A stretch of DNA of 64,000 nt from Rhina ancylostomus. Its lineage: Eukaryota. Position 1 is the stretch's first letter. Every line of letters starts with the position of its first letter. Of the stretch, positions 1 to 13,000 are shown piece after piece. The stretch covers positions 13,541,223 through 13,605,222 of the forward strand of contig JARFYF010000056.1 of assembly GCA_030265395.1 (NCBI GenBank), read 5' to 3'. The notes below the pieces were generated by a model. The model searched no databases. It was given only the letters and a program-made list of their open reading frames with translations, and was not told the DNA's origin. The position numbers and the translations under genes were made by a program.

Positions 1-534
1 ATTTTACATGTATCAGGACTTTGGTATTGCATTGATAAATTTGCATCATGTTTGAGCTATTCCTTACTTCCAAATAACATCCATGTTTGAGTCAGCCTGT
101 AGTATAACGATTTTCAACTTTTATGTTAGAAACACTATAATTAGGAATCAGATGTCACAATTATGCAGAATTCTGTGTTATATATGGGGGGGGGGAGAAA
201 AAAGATCAAATTCAAACAAAATTGTTTGTAAAACTCAACATTTGTCTTAGAGATTCCAAGCCTCAACAAGTGCTTTATCTGGTATCTATTGAGAGGAGAT
301 GGAAGTGGCAGAAATTGCAGTAATAGACTTCAGGAGGAGGCAGTGGGAGTGGTGGCAGTCAAGTTCTGGCATTGTCAGTGAGATCTTGGTAACAGGATAA
401 GAATGGCCACGGAGTTATCTGCAAAATTTACCAGGCTCTTGTGATGATATTATTAGTCCTGAAGGAAACTGAAGTAATTTTAGCAGGGAGCTTTGATGTA
501 TATGTGGGAAAACTCGATTTATACTGTAACAAAT

Positions 535-700
535 ACAGAAAAAGTGAGAAGTATTCAGCAGGTCAGACAGAATGAGTAACAGGTGTCATCAATTCTCAAT
601 CATTGGCCTTGGTTTTTCTCCCCACTGCTACTTTACCTGCTGAACACTTAGAGCATTTTCTGTTTACTTCAGACTTCAAACATCTGCAGTTTTTTGCTTC
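535..700. mobile_element. Degenerate Penelope-derived inverted-repeat (hairpin) element
   Basis: ...attcagcaggtcagacag... pairs with ...cctgctgaacacttagagcattttctg...catctgcagttttt. Confidence 0.55.
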
Positions 701-962
701 AACTGTTTTTATTAACACTTTATTTCTATTACTTGCTAATCTGAAAAGGCTACATTAAAAAAATTAAGATCTTTTGTTGAAAATGTGGACTTTAGCATTG
801 TATACATTTTCAGATCACTTAAAGGCTGATTCAACCTCTGAGCAAATTAATATTTGCTTTAGCACCTTCTTAAAGAAATTTTTTACCATGCTCCCGTGTA
901 GAACTAATCTTTTGAAAGCTAAGCCATTTCAATATATTAAATGATGTATTTCCTTTCAAAAG

Positions 963-1079
963 CTAAAGGAATTCCAGCAGAAGAAGACTTCACCGGCTTC
1001 AGGAGCTAGAAAGAAGAAAAGGACAAAAGATGATGGAACTGAAACAGCAACTGCAGAGAATGACCAAGAAAATTGTGAG
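963..1079 (+). CDS. GOLGA2: GOLGA2 exon 2 ([22 protein letters not shown]...NCE), with Cdk1-type SP site and basic NLS
   Basis: tttcaaaAG acceptor, GAG|GTAAAT donor, 117 nt, phase 0-0. Resembles human LREYQQRNSPGVPTGAKKKKK. Confidence 0.92.
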
Positions 1080-4000
1080 GTAAATTCCTGTTGATTTAAT
1101 GCCATGCACAAGGTTCTAGTTGTGTAGTTATTCTCCAAGAGACAAATATGCTCCGATGCATCTTTATCAGGGTTTCTATGTATTCCCTTTCCCATACCAG
1201 GAAAGAATGCACAATAATATTCATGTTTTACTCAAACTAATTGATTCAAAGTATAAAGTTGATGCAGCTTCTTTGACTTTTATGTTCACTTTTAGAATAT
1301 GGGTATCACTGACAAGGGCCATTTAATATCCATCCTGTACATTCCTGATAGAAGGAATGCAAATCATTTGAAGAATCTATTTTGAGTTACATTCTGTTCT
1401 TTTGTGAGATCATGTTTTTCAACACTTTTTACAATTGGATGTAAAAGTCATTACACTTCCATTTTAGCAACTTTTCCTGTTGCAGTTTAATTATGTTTTT
1501 AAAAACAAAATTGTGAGCAGTTGGCCTGTTTGTTTTTAAAAATTAGTCTGAGCTATTCAGTTGGATTAAATTGGCTCCCATCTGTTGTTCCACAAATATC
1601 TATATTAACAATTCTTTCTTAAATTATCACAAATAATGCCACAGTGCCTTCATTTATCATTATTTTCCTTGGGAGTATAACTTTCTATTCTTGATTGTTT
1701 TCTCTTCAAAGGTATTAAATCTTTCTGGGTGTGAATCTACATCTAGATTTTTCTCCTTTGTTCACATGTGCTCTTTCACAGTAAATTCTGCAGATGTGGA
1801 TAAAATCCTGGCATCAACAAGTGTATGCTTAACTATTTTTTTTCTTTAAGCCCAGAGATGCTGAGGCTAATGATTTTGTTCTTTTTCCAACCTCTGCTGC
1901 GACAACTAATTTAGTATGGGAATTGAATTTTGGCCCATTGTCCTTTGTGGCTCAATTTTACATACACCTTAACCTGTTACACAGTTTGTGTGCACATTCT
2001 ATGAATTAGTAATGAGCTGTGCATTAGAGGTATGGATTTTGCAAAATAAACCATGGTTACTCTAATTTTGACTAATCGTGGCTGATGCTGTTTGGCTTGT
2101 TTTTTAAATACCTACCGTATTGTAATTTTCCCTCTAAAGATAAGGTTTACATTTAGGAGAATTAACCTCAAAGTTGGAAACTACAACTTGCTTACATTTA
2201 AATATCATAGCTTCTGTTATCTATCTGCAAAATGTATGAAATTTGATTGGATAATTGAATGCTTTCTCACTTTTAATGGGAATAGCAAACATACTGGAAA
2301 AAGATTAACTGGTGGTTTATCAAAAACCAGCCTATTTTCCCCAGCTTCTCAATTTCAGCTCTCTGAAATGCAGTGTTCTCCCTCTATGATTAGGAGCAAG
2401 GATTTGTATTAACACTAACCTGATGTTGAATTCTTGTGATGCCCCATAGCTGTCAGCTGAGCATTCTTTGTATATTCTTTCCCTCTATTACTGACCTTTT
2501 AAGACTGGATTAAATTGTGATCAGTGGTGGGAAATATAATTGTATGAATACCTGAACGAAATCTAACCCTGGAGGATTCACCAGAAGAGGTTTGAATAGG
2601 ACCAAAATATTGCACGTGGATTGTGGTTGATGTTATTATCCACCATTATAGATTCCAGCATTTATTACTGCTGTTAGGCTAACCCATTAGAAGGTCTTTC
2701 CTTCATTTCTTAAATAGTGGGGTTATATTTGCAGTCCTGTAATCTGCAGGAACTATTTAAGAATCTATAGCATTTTGGAGGGTAACTTCTGGCATATCCA
2801 CTATCTCCATGGCCACTTCTTTTAAAACTTAGAGATGCAGATCAGCGGGTCTTTGGGAGCTATTGCGTTTCAGTCTCACCACTTTCCCTAGTGCTATTGC
2901 CCAATGCTAATTCTCATTCTCGCTACACCCTTGGTTCTCGAGTGTGTCTGGCAGGATTTTCAATCTTTTTCTCCGAAGATGAAAACAAAGCATTTATTTT
3001 TCTCTGCTCATTCATTATTCGTCATTGTAATTTCTCTCTTTCTGCAAAATAGCTAAAATAAGTAAGAATGAATACACAATCTTTTTTTGTGCAGTTTGCA
3101 TAGGGTTAAATAAACCTTCTATTTCCTTAGTTAATCCTGTTTTTGAAGTTTGATTAATTAGGCATGAGAAGCATTTTGCTTTTGACTCAAGTGAGAGCTT
3201 TCATCTGCTGAAGAAGTTTTTAGATTATATTTACAGAGTAGTAACAGACCCTTCCGTCCCAAAGAGTCCACATCGCCCATTTTAAACCCCAAATTAACCT
3301 ACCCGTACATCTTTGGAATGTGGGAGGAAACCNNNNNNNNNNNNNNNNNNNNNNNNNNNNNNNNNNNNNNNNNNNNNNNNNNNNNNNNNNNNNNNNNNNN
3401 NNNNNNNNNNNNNNNNNNNNNNNNNNNNNNNNTTTGGAATGTGGGAGGAAACCGGAGCACCCGGAGGAAACCCACACAGACACGGGAGAACGTACAAACT
3501 CCTTACAGATAGCGACGGGAATCGAACCCCGATCGCTGGCGCTGTAATAGCGTTGGGCCAACCACTATGCTACCGTGCTGCTCCAAGTTAAAGCTTCCAT
3601 CTTCACAATTATTACTACAGCCAATAATGTTTGTTATAATGTATGTGCATTTTTATACTTAAGGATATTTTCTTCAGCTTTATGCATGTTCTGAGTTAAA
3701 TGTTGCATCTGCAGAGGTTTCTGAAGCTTGTGGGGTTGTGTTGCCGTTTTTTAAAAAAGGGTTCTAATTTGAGAACAGTCTGCACATTAAAAACTACATA
3801 TGAGAAAATAGATTAGTAAAATTGAAGCCATTTTCAGATTGTCAAATATTCACTGAAAGAATAAAGTTAAAAGCTTTTACAGAATTTATAGAGGCCCAAT
3901 CTTCTCATTTACTTTAAACAAAGGAGGGAAAATTGTACATCTTTAATATGACTAAAACTGTAGAATACAACTGTGGTACTAGAATGGAAACCATGGACAA

Positions 4001-7000
4001 CTGAAGTATAATGCTAATTTTAGGTTTACAAAAGTTATAACATGTTTGCTAAATTTGAACTTATTTCAGAAGTTTGCTGATGATCTTGAACATTCATTCC
4101 AGACCACGCAGCATCTGTAGAATTAATAGTGGCTACTTAAAACAAGTATAACTTATTGAATGTCTTGACACAAAAATGTTAGTTCTTGTGGGATTCCAAG
4201 AAAGTAAGATTGTAGACTTTGTCTTTATCAATTTAGTTGGTTATGTTTGCTAGACACCCTGTCACTTCTTCCTCTTTTTCTCTGAGTTATCCCTGTCTCT
4301 TTACTACTGTTCAGATGCCCCTGCAGAACATTCTGAAGGCGCTGGTTGCAGACTGCAGTAAGTCCAATGGGGTATCTCTTCCTTCATTGGACAGGCTAAA
4401 GGTGAGGTAGCTTTGGATGTAACTTGTTTTATTGGCTGGCTTGCTGTCTTTGGTGCATGCACGTTTTTGGTGAGGGTGAAGAATTGATGGGTGGGTGTGG
4501 AGAAGGAAACTATTTCTATTGTGATGTTTATATTGCATGACTGCAGTTTTTTTTTCCTGTGTGATTTATTAAACAGGGCCTTAAGTTCAGTACTTCTATT
4601 TGTTCAGGAGATGAATTTGCTCTTGCTTGCATTCTCTGCTTTGCTTTATTGGTGTGTTCTGAGTATGTGAAGTAAAAGGGTTTTGATGGACACAATGCGT
4701 TTGCTTGGAGGGAAGGGCAAAATCAAAAGCAATTGATCAAAAATTGTCACCAAGAAGTCAAATGGGGAATTCTGAAAAAACTTCTTTTGGCAGAAAATAG
4801 GGAGAATGTGGATTGCCTCGCCATCGGGAGTAGTTGAAGCAAAATTTAGTAATGCATTTAAGGGGATGCTAGATGAATAAAATAAGGTGAGGGAATGGAG
4901 GTCCATGTTGGCAGGTAGATGGAGGTTAGGAGGAGACCTAAGCTGAGCACATGTCCTGGCCTGCTTCTGTTCTGAATGTTTTGTGTAATTATATTTAAAA
5001 GGATGTCATTCAACCTATTGAAACTTTCTGAATGAACTATCCAGTTCTGCCCACTTCCTGATTCTTTTTCCATCAGCTTGCAAATCTTTGCTCTATTTTT
5101 AAGTTGATACACAATTCCATCTTGCAAATTTCTATTGAATCTGCTTTCACCATTCTTTCATGCAAACCATGTAAGATCATAATCCTTGACTCAACAGCTT
5201 TTTAATTATACTGTTTGAAGCTCAGGTACCAAGAACTGATGAGCAAGCAGTTTAGGCCAATTTCTGGTGCTTGGAAAGCCTAAAACCTGTTTTCGTTCCA
5301 TGCTTAAGCATGAAATCAATTCTGTGCAGTATTAGAAATGGCATATCTCCAACATATCTGATTGTGGGTGGATCCAGGTATAGTAACATTCTGATAATCA
5401 GGTATTTGATTATTCAGAAATTCTGATAGTTTGGCACCTGGCTCACTCATTAGTATCAGTAAACACGTGAGTCTATTCCAGTCCAATCCGATAAAGCAGG
5501 AACGTGTATCTGTACCTGTGAGGTTGGCCTGGGTGCACGGCTATAGTCAGCATCCTGTGTGCTTGCATTGTTTCTGAAGCCTACAAACTGAAACTTATTA
5601 CATAGATGTTGTTATATTAATGGAGGGGTCTCAGTGAGCATATTACAATATTAAGTTGCCTATATTAGGTACAGTCCATTTATTTGCTGCATTGCTGTAC
5701 TTACAAATATTGTACTACTGTGTAATGTGTAAAAAAAAAAGTAAAGATGTGATGTGGAATTGATAGAGTAACATCCAATAGTCCGGATACTAGTCCAGCA
5801 CCACCCAAGTCCCAAGGGTGTTGGATTATTGGAGTCATTACTATCCTAGGCCATTTATCAGCAATGTCGCTTAGTCTTGGTCAAAGTCTATCAATGCTAA
5901 TGCAGATCATTGATGGACTACAGCAGATGAAACTCTGCTGACATTCTGTGTTTATAAGACTATTGGTGTAAATAGTTTGGCACTTTCCAAGTGGCACCAC
6001 TTAAGATGTTTATTTCTTCGTGTCTCTGTTCAAACTGCAATGTTGTCTCTTTGGAGTGTTTAAAATATAGTTCCATATTTTCTGGAGATTAACCTATATT
6101 TTCTGGGATTAACATATTTCAGCAGCATCCTTTGTGCTGCTACACAACCTTGGTATCGTCCTGGTCTCGGGTGCTGTTTGTGTGGAGTTTGCACTTTTAC
6201 TGTGTGATTGTGTGGGTTTCCACTGGGTGTTCCACTTTCCTCCCACATCCCAAAATTTGTCACTGAGTTGCCCCTAGCATTTAGGTGACTGGTAAAATCT
6301 GGGAGGATTTGATAGGAATGTTTGAGGGAAACTTGCAGGGTGGAAAATGATTGGGAAATAGGATTACTCTGTGAGCCAACATAGATTCAATGGGCTGAAA
6401 TAACCTCTTGTGCAATGATGTGGTGGAACAGGCTTGCATGTGGCTGACTGCTCCCTATTNNNNNNNNNNNNNNNNNNNNNNNNNNNNNNNNNNNNNNNNN
6501 NNNNNNNNNNNNNNNNNGTTGGGGGGGGGGGGGGGGGTGTAGAAATCATTGCCTGTTCAATACTGTTCCAAAGTCTCATCAAGGAAGTGGGACTGCAACA
6601 CTGGTTACAAGGGTCATTAGGAAGGAATTAGAGCTGCAACTAATTAAGGGTTTTCAGAAAGAAGAGTTGATGAATAGAATGCTACTTGGTCACCTCATAT
6701 CTTCGAGCCAGTAACACCTAATATCTGACATCATTACTTTAGAAGCTGGAAAAGAATTTGATACTGGTTTTAATTCATGTAATCTTTGAATTTGTGACTT
6801 CCCATTGCATCTCAAGTTACCAATGCTAAGAGTGAATGACCTAAATTTATTTGAAAGATGAATGGCCCTAGTCATGTTACTTAACTTGGGCTTAAAGTTC
6901 CATTCATGTGCTGTACCCGTGATTATGATGTGGTGTAATGGATACCCATTCTGTTGTTAAATTCTGTCAGAATTTTTTTTCTTCCATTGCCTGAAAATGT

Positions 7001-10000
7001 GGACTAATAAGGTCACAAACATGTTAGTTAATGTAAAATTCCATACCTACATTCAGTAGGTGTTTCAGTGTCTTGGTTTATAGTAGTTTTATGAAGTTGT
7101 CGAGACCACTGGAAACCCTTACATAATATTCAGTGATTATTCAGTACATAAAAATTTTGAAATAATTTTGCAAGGAGCAGTAGGACATTGATTTCCCTGT
7201 AATTTCTAATCCAGAAGGTTTCTCATCTCTATCATGCTAGCAACCTAATATAATCTACAGCTGGTACTCTGAAATAGTCTCTTATTCAAGAATACACGGA
7301 GTAATTGCCAGTTACAGAACTCGCATTAGAGATAATTGATATCACTGATTCCCAGTGGCCAGAATGAACCCTTTTCTTCATGTGGGATAATGAAGATATT
7401 TAAGTAAATAAAGCAGCAAGGATTTCAATAAATATATTTTGGCTGTAAAGCCTTCTGTTTAAAGCCATGGACTTGTTACGACACATGAGGAGGATATTTG
7501 TGTCTGAGTCTCTACTAGAAGAGCAATTCCATCTCACTCCTTCCCCAGCTCTTTCCCCATTATACAGCAAAATATTTTCCCCTGAGTCTCTGTTCAGCTT
7601 AAAAGTTTTATTCATTAACAGCATGCGGATGTTTCTGGCAACAGCAATATGAGTTTTCCACACCTAAATTGTCCTGAATTGAGGAGACAATAGAGGGTCA
7701 ACCACATTGCTGGTGTCATATGTAAGCCAGGCCAAGTAAAGATAGCAATTTTTTTCCCTGGAGGCCATTGGTAAACCAAATGGGCATTTAAGACAGTTTG
7801 GTATTCCATTTCAAAGGCCTAATTAACTGCATTTCCACCATCTCTACTGGAGTTGCAGGTAATAACTACTGTTTGCATTCAAAAATGTTAGAAAACCCCA
7901 CTTATATCTTTTGCCCAAAACTTTATATCTGTTTTCCCTGGTCTGTGAGCCATTCTCCAATGGTAACAGCTTCCCTCTATTTACCCTTTCCAAACCAGAT
8001 TTTGTACATCTGTCAAATCTCCTTTCGAGCTTCATTGCTCCAAGGAGGGCAACTAACTTCTCCAGTCTAACCCTGGACCAATTGTAGCATATCTTGTCTG
8101 GGGCACCCACATCCTGCTCAGAGTGAGGTGAGCAGAAGTGGACCCATTTCCAACTGAAGCAACATCATATACAAGCTGTGGTTTATATCTGGATCAAGAT
8201 GCCTTTATATCTGGAGAAAGTATTAACCATTCATGATCTCTCTTCACTCTCTCCGTCACAGCCCCCAGTTATGAAAATCATTTGCCTGTTGCTTCCTCAT
8301 TTACCAGCCACTCATGTGCCTGGGTCTGTATTGTGGCTGTTTATTGTCAATAATGCAGCTCTGGGTTATGTTCCTCTGCTTTGCATACTGGTATGTCCAT
8401 TTCTGCATTCTGTGGAAGTGACTAAAAATAGCTTTAAGCAACTGGCAATTCACATGCTGTCCTGCCTTTTTGATTAACTAGTCAATGCTCACCAAACCAT
8501 ACCATTGGGTGTGTCAGTCGTCACTGGTTTAGTCAAAAATATAGTTTTTAAAGCTCTGTCTTGTCTGTCTTATCTGCTGGCTGAGAAGCAATAACTTTGA
8601 ATGATATAAATTTGTGTCTTAAAATCTTGTGTTGTTTGTGCAGTAGTGACTTGTGATACTTTTTGTCCATCCTACCACATATTAGATCAACTTTGAGAGG
8701 ATGGGTACGTGGCTTTCCTTTTTTAATAACTGCTTTATTGTTAACAGGCTTGCTTGGAGAATGAGATTGATAAACTTGGTAGTGAACAGAAGGTTGACGA
8801 GGCTACAGTTGCTCATATCAACACCTCCAACAGCAGCTTGCCAAATACAACAATTGTAACACCACATGCAAGACAGAATGAAACACTCACCCAGGTCTGT
8901 TTTTTTTTGTGATTAATTTTATTTAAACATGCACACTTTTGGTTGTAGTTTGGATTTGTGTAGTGTGACTTTGGATTTTAAATAAACCATGTCCTTCCTG
9001 CACATGCAGGACTAATTTGACAAATATGTTTAAATTTGCATGTGGTTGCACTGAACAGTTAAATCATTGAGTCAATTAACCTGCTTTTAAAATCAAAAGT
9101 ACATATAATAGAGATCCTTATTTAACTAAATCCTTCTAGGTTCTTTTTCATTAGTTGGGTATGAATCTGAGTAGCTATTTTGTTGCTATGGGGATAATAC
9201 TCGAGCTGCAATACCATTATCTTGTTTACACTATATACCAAGCTCCTTGACTGCATTTTTCTTGTAGATTCAATTAAATCACTGACCTGCTTTTGGCAGA
9301 AAGGGGCAGATGAAGAATAAAATCTGGGTGGTGCTCTTGTATTCACTGATGCAGGTTTTGCTGGCTCTTTGAAAGAATAGAAATGAAATTAAAGTCTCCT
9401 TTGCATTTTTTTCGCTCACCAGCTCTAGTTATCTAGCTGAGGAAAACCTTTTGGCTAAAATAGTGGATAAAAGGTGGCTTTTCTTTAAACAACTTTAATT
9501 TTTACCTGTGTAGATTTTACATCCAACTGGACATGAAGACCAAAGTGAAGAAGGCAGGTAGGAACATCCTTGATGTTTCACTAAACAATCCCTCATAACT
9601 GGATGATAGTTTCCCTTTCACTAAACTGTCAGTAAAAAGCAGTGGATATATGAAAATGTCTTAATGAAGTAGGAAAAACATACAACAATATGACTGCATT
9701 TTTTATCTGAAACAGATTTGAATTAAACAGCATGACTTAAGTTAAAGATGTATCACAGGTGATAGGAGCAATTTAAGCAGACTAATTCAATGTCTTAGTA
9801 TAGTAAGGTAATGTGGTTTCTTTCTTTTGCTGTATTAAAACCAGTTTGGTAAATAAGGACAGTGGTGATGCTGATCACTGGCAGCTAGAATTAAAATCCT
9901 TGATATATGTGTAGTGCAGAAGCAACTTTATCCTCTTCCCCTCCCATCACTGAATAATGAAGCTTCCTTCCTTCCTTATGTGCAGTTCATGGATGTTGCT

Positions 10001-13000
10001 TGCCCTTGCTTTAATCAAATTAACACTTTCATTTCTTGCTCCATGGGTATAACTTCTAGCAGGTATTCAAAGCAGGAAGCATTCCCAAAACAGCCCCATC
10101 ATGTTCTGTTCACACAAACAAACCCCACCTTCAGTAAAGCTTATAATTGGGATTGGGAATCCAGTTTGATTATTTTTATTTATCGGCTCTTTCTGATGGG
10201 CGCTGAGGTTGATTAGCGGACTAGAGCAGCTCACTGCATATTCAACCTGTGACCGTGACACTTTAGGTTCTCACGATAAACTTGCTAAACTGTTGAGAAT
10301 CTGAGGGTCAATTTTTACAGGCATTTTTGTTTTATTGCTTTATAGGGGTGTCTCTTCCACAGAAAGCCTTCGACAGTTGTCTGCTCAGTTAAATGGTTTG
10401 GTGACTCAGGTGAGGCTGTTTCCATTGGGCCAGATTTTATTTTCTTTATCAAATCAAATCTAATTGTATTGAATATGAAATCCCACCTTTTTCCCTTTTC
10501 ATCATGCTGTGCAAATTTTATTGGGCCTTGCTTGTAATACAATCAAAACTCTATTCCTACTTTCAAGTTCCTGAGCCAACAGCAAGAAAAGGGGTTGGCT
10601 GCTGGATTATCTCCTGTTCTACCTCTGAAATCTAACTTTTCCACCTTTTTAGTATGTTTGTGCGTCAATTGCAGAAATTTTTTCCCAACCCAATGCCACC
10701 CAAGTGCCACTATTCATGGTGTTCTTTGGAATATTTTCTTGTGTCCCCAAACTGCTGGTAAACCTTTCCCATGTGCCTTCTGCTACTTTTCTGTTCTGAA
10801 GTGAGTGAAAGCCCATTGCCTCAGAATATGGAATTAATTACCTTTTTGATTAATACTGCTTTACATCTCATAATTTAACAAACCAGAATAAACTGCAGTT
10901 GGTAAAATATTACTGGTGTGTCTGCGAAATAAGGTGCTTATCAATTGTGTATGTAACTTGAATGGGAACTGATCTACTACCCCTCCAGTCATATTGGCAT
11001 TGAATCATTATGCAGAAGTTGGTTAATTCCTCTGTTGAACAATCATGATACACTACTAGGTATCAGTTTGTCGTCTATTTCTTCAGTCAGAGCTCGTGAA
11101 TTCTGGATTGCCCTCCCTCTGAATTTAAAGAAACTAATGAACCTGTGCAGTGTGTCAATCAACAACTGTTTAAATAAAAAGATTAATGTTTTCAAAATGA
11201 ACAATTGATCTTATCCGATTACTCCAGGATGTCCTATTTTCATTTCAACATTAGTAGACTTTAATCTTGTTTTTAAATAAGTAAATCTGAATTGATTATA
11301 AAACAGTAATCCATCAGGGAGTTTAGATGAACTTGACCTTAACTTAAAATATGCCACTTGAATTTCTCAGCTGGATTACCATTCAATTTGCTCCTCCCTT
11401 TCCAAGTTTTAAAGGAAATCGTGTGAAGCTTAAGCAGCTGGTAAAATCTTACTTGACTAGGATTAGACATAAGCAGTATTGCAATTTAAATGTGCATTTG
11501 ATATTGTTTTGGATGATTACATTGAGCAATTTAATTTGTCAAGTGGAGTGAAAGTGCTTTTTCCTTCTTCAATCTCTAGACTACTTATGTGAATGGTGAA
11601 CCTGGAGTTTGTACCATCAGCCCTAAAGAACTGGAGGTAGTATGATGCAAGTGGATTCTTAACTTGAATGTGAAGTTTTAGTGCAGGAATGGAGGTTAAA
11701 TTTATAACACTGTCCCCTGTTGGCAAGGGATTTCAGTTCCGAGGGGAATTTTTTTTTTCAGCATGATTTTGGAGATTCTTTGAATTCAGAACTTTTCCAA
11801 CTTCAGTGCAGAATAATTTCAGGAGGAAAATGACTGGTTTTGCTACAGATTAATTCCTTGTGAAAGCTTCAGGTTGCCAGGATTCTGAGGGACTGGTCAT
11901 CATCTTAACGTTTCTTATTACATAGAGACTATTCGACGAGACAACATCCACTTAGGAATTTGATGCACAGGTTGAGGTTAGTTTTATAATCTAGTAGGTC
12001 AGAGTACTTTCTGAATGCTGATAATTAGAAGCTGCAGAGTTTCAAAGATATTTGGGTACAACAAATAATGCCATGATAGGTACAGGAAATGATCAAAAAT
12101 GCTAATGGAATTTTTGCCTTATAAGGAAGAGAGAGAAATTATTTTATGGCTCCACAGGTCAGACTAGACCTGGAATATCATGAGTAGCTGGGGCACCAAA
12201 CTTATTAAGGAACTATTCTCAGAAAGTGTAGATATCTCGAGTCTTGCTCACCTATGATGGTGAAATTACAGAGAATGATTACACATTCTAGGGGTTGTAT
12301 TTTCCAAAATTTGGAAGTGGTGGATTGATCAAGATTTTCAAGATATCGAGCAGAACAGATCAGGTTGTTAGAGAGAAACTATTTTGACCAGGGGATAATG
12401 TTGAAAAATCTCAGAAATGAATTTAGAAAACAGTAAAAATTTGGATCTTTTCCACAAATGGCATTTCATGCTATGTCAGTTTTGCAGCTGAGTTTAATAT
12501 ATTGTTAACCAGATGTATGAAGGGACATGAGGAAAGTGTGGTATTAGGTCACAGATCCACATTGATTTAACTGTATGGCTGAATAGTCAGGTGGGGCTAA
12601 AAAGCTTACTCCTCCTATGTTTCCAGTAGTGCACAGGCTTGAGTTAAGTAACCCCTTGCTAGTAGGTTCCTCTCAAATATACTTTTCACGCATAATTTTA
12701 TTGATATTCTAGTGTCGTCTTTAATTCTGCCCAGGTCCACATACCAGTCATTCTTTTTGTCATTCCTGCTGAACCAATGCACTTTGGACTACTTGCACCA
12801 ATTGCTAGCCATTATTCATGTGTGACTCTTGAGCTTGTTCACAGGACATATGACCTCCCTCTGATCAGCTTGTCTGCAACAATTGTCCCAATCTGCAACT
12901 TGAGATGCAGTAATCGCAAGCCATGCTATTTTTGCCTTCAATCCAGAAACTGTTCCTGCTGCATCAATAATTGGTCACTGTTCTCAGTGGATTGAAAGCG

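Noticed and set aside
1782-1822. Exon-like segment (ctgcAG...|GTATGC) in intron 2
   Set aside because: 29 nt and frameshifting, or starting with TAA; weak donor and no homology.
3312-3453. Apparent direct repeat tttggaatgtgggaggaaacc flanking a gap
   Set aside because: Exactly 100 N with overlapping flanks inside one SINE: a scaffolding placeholder, not a real repeat.
11926-11976. Possible extra exon after exon 7
   Set aside because: In-frame TAG stop, and the protein is already continuous from exon 7 to exon 8.
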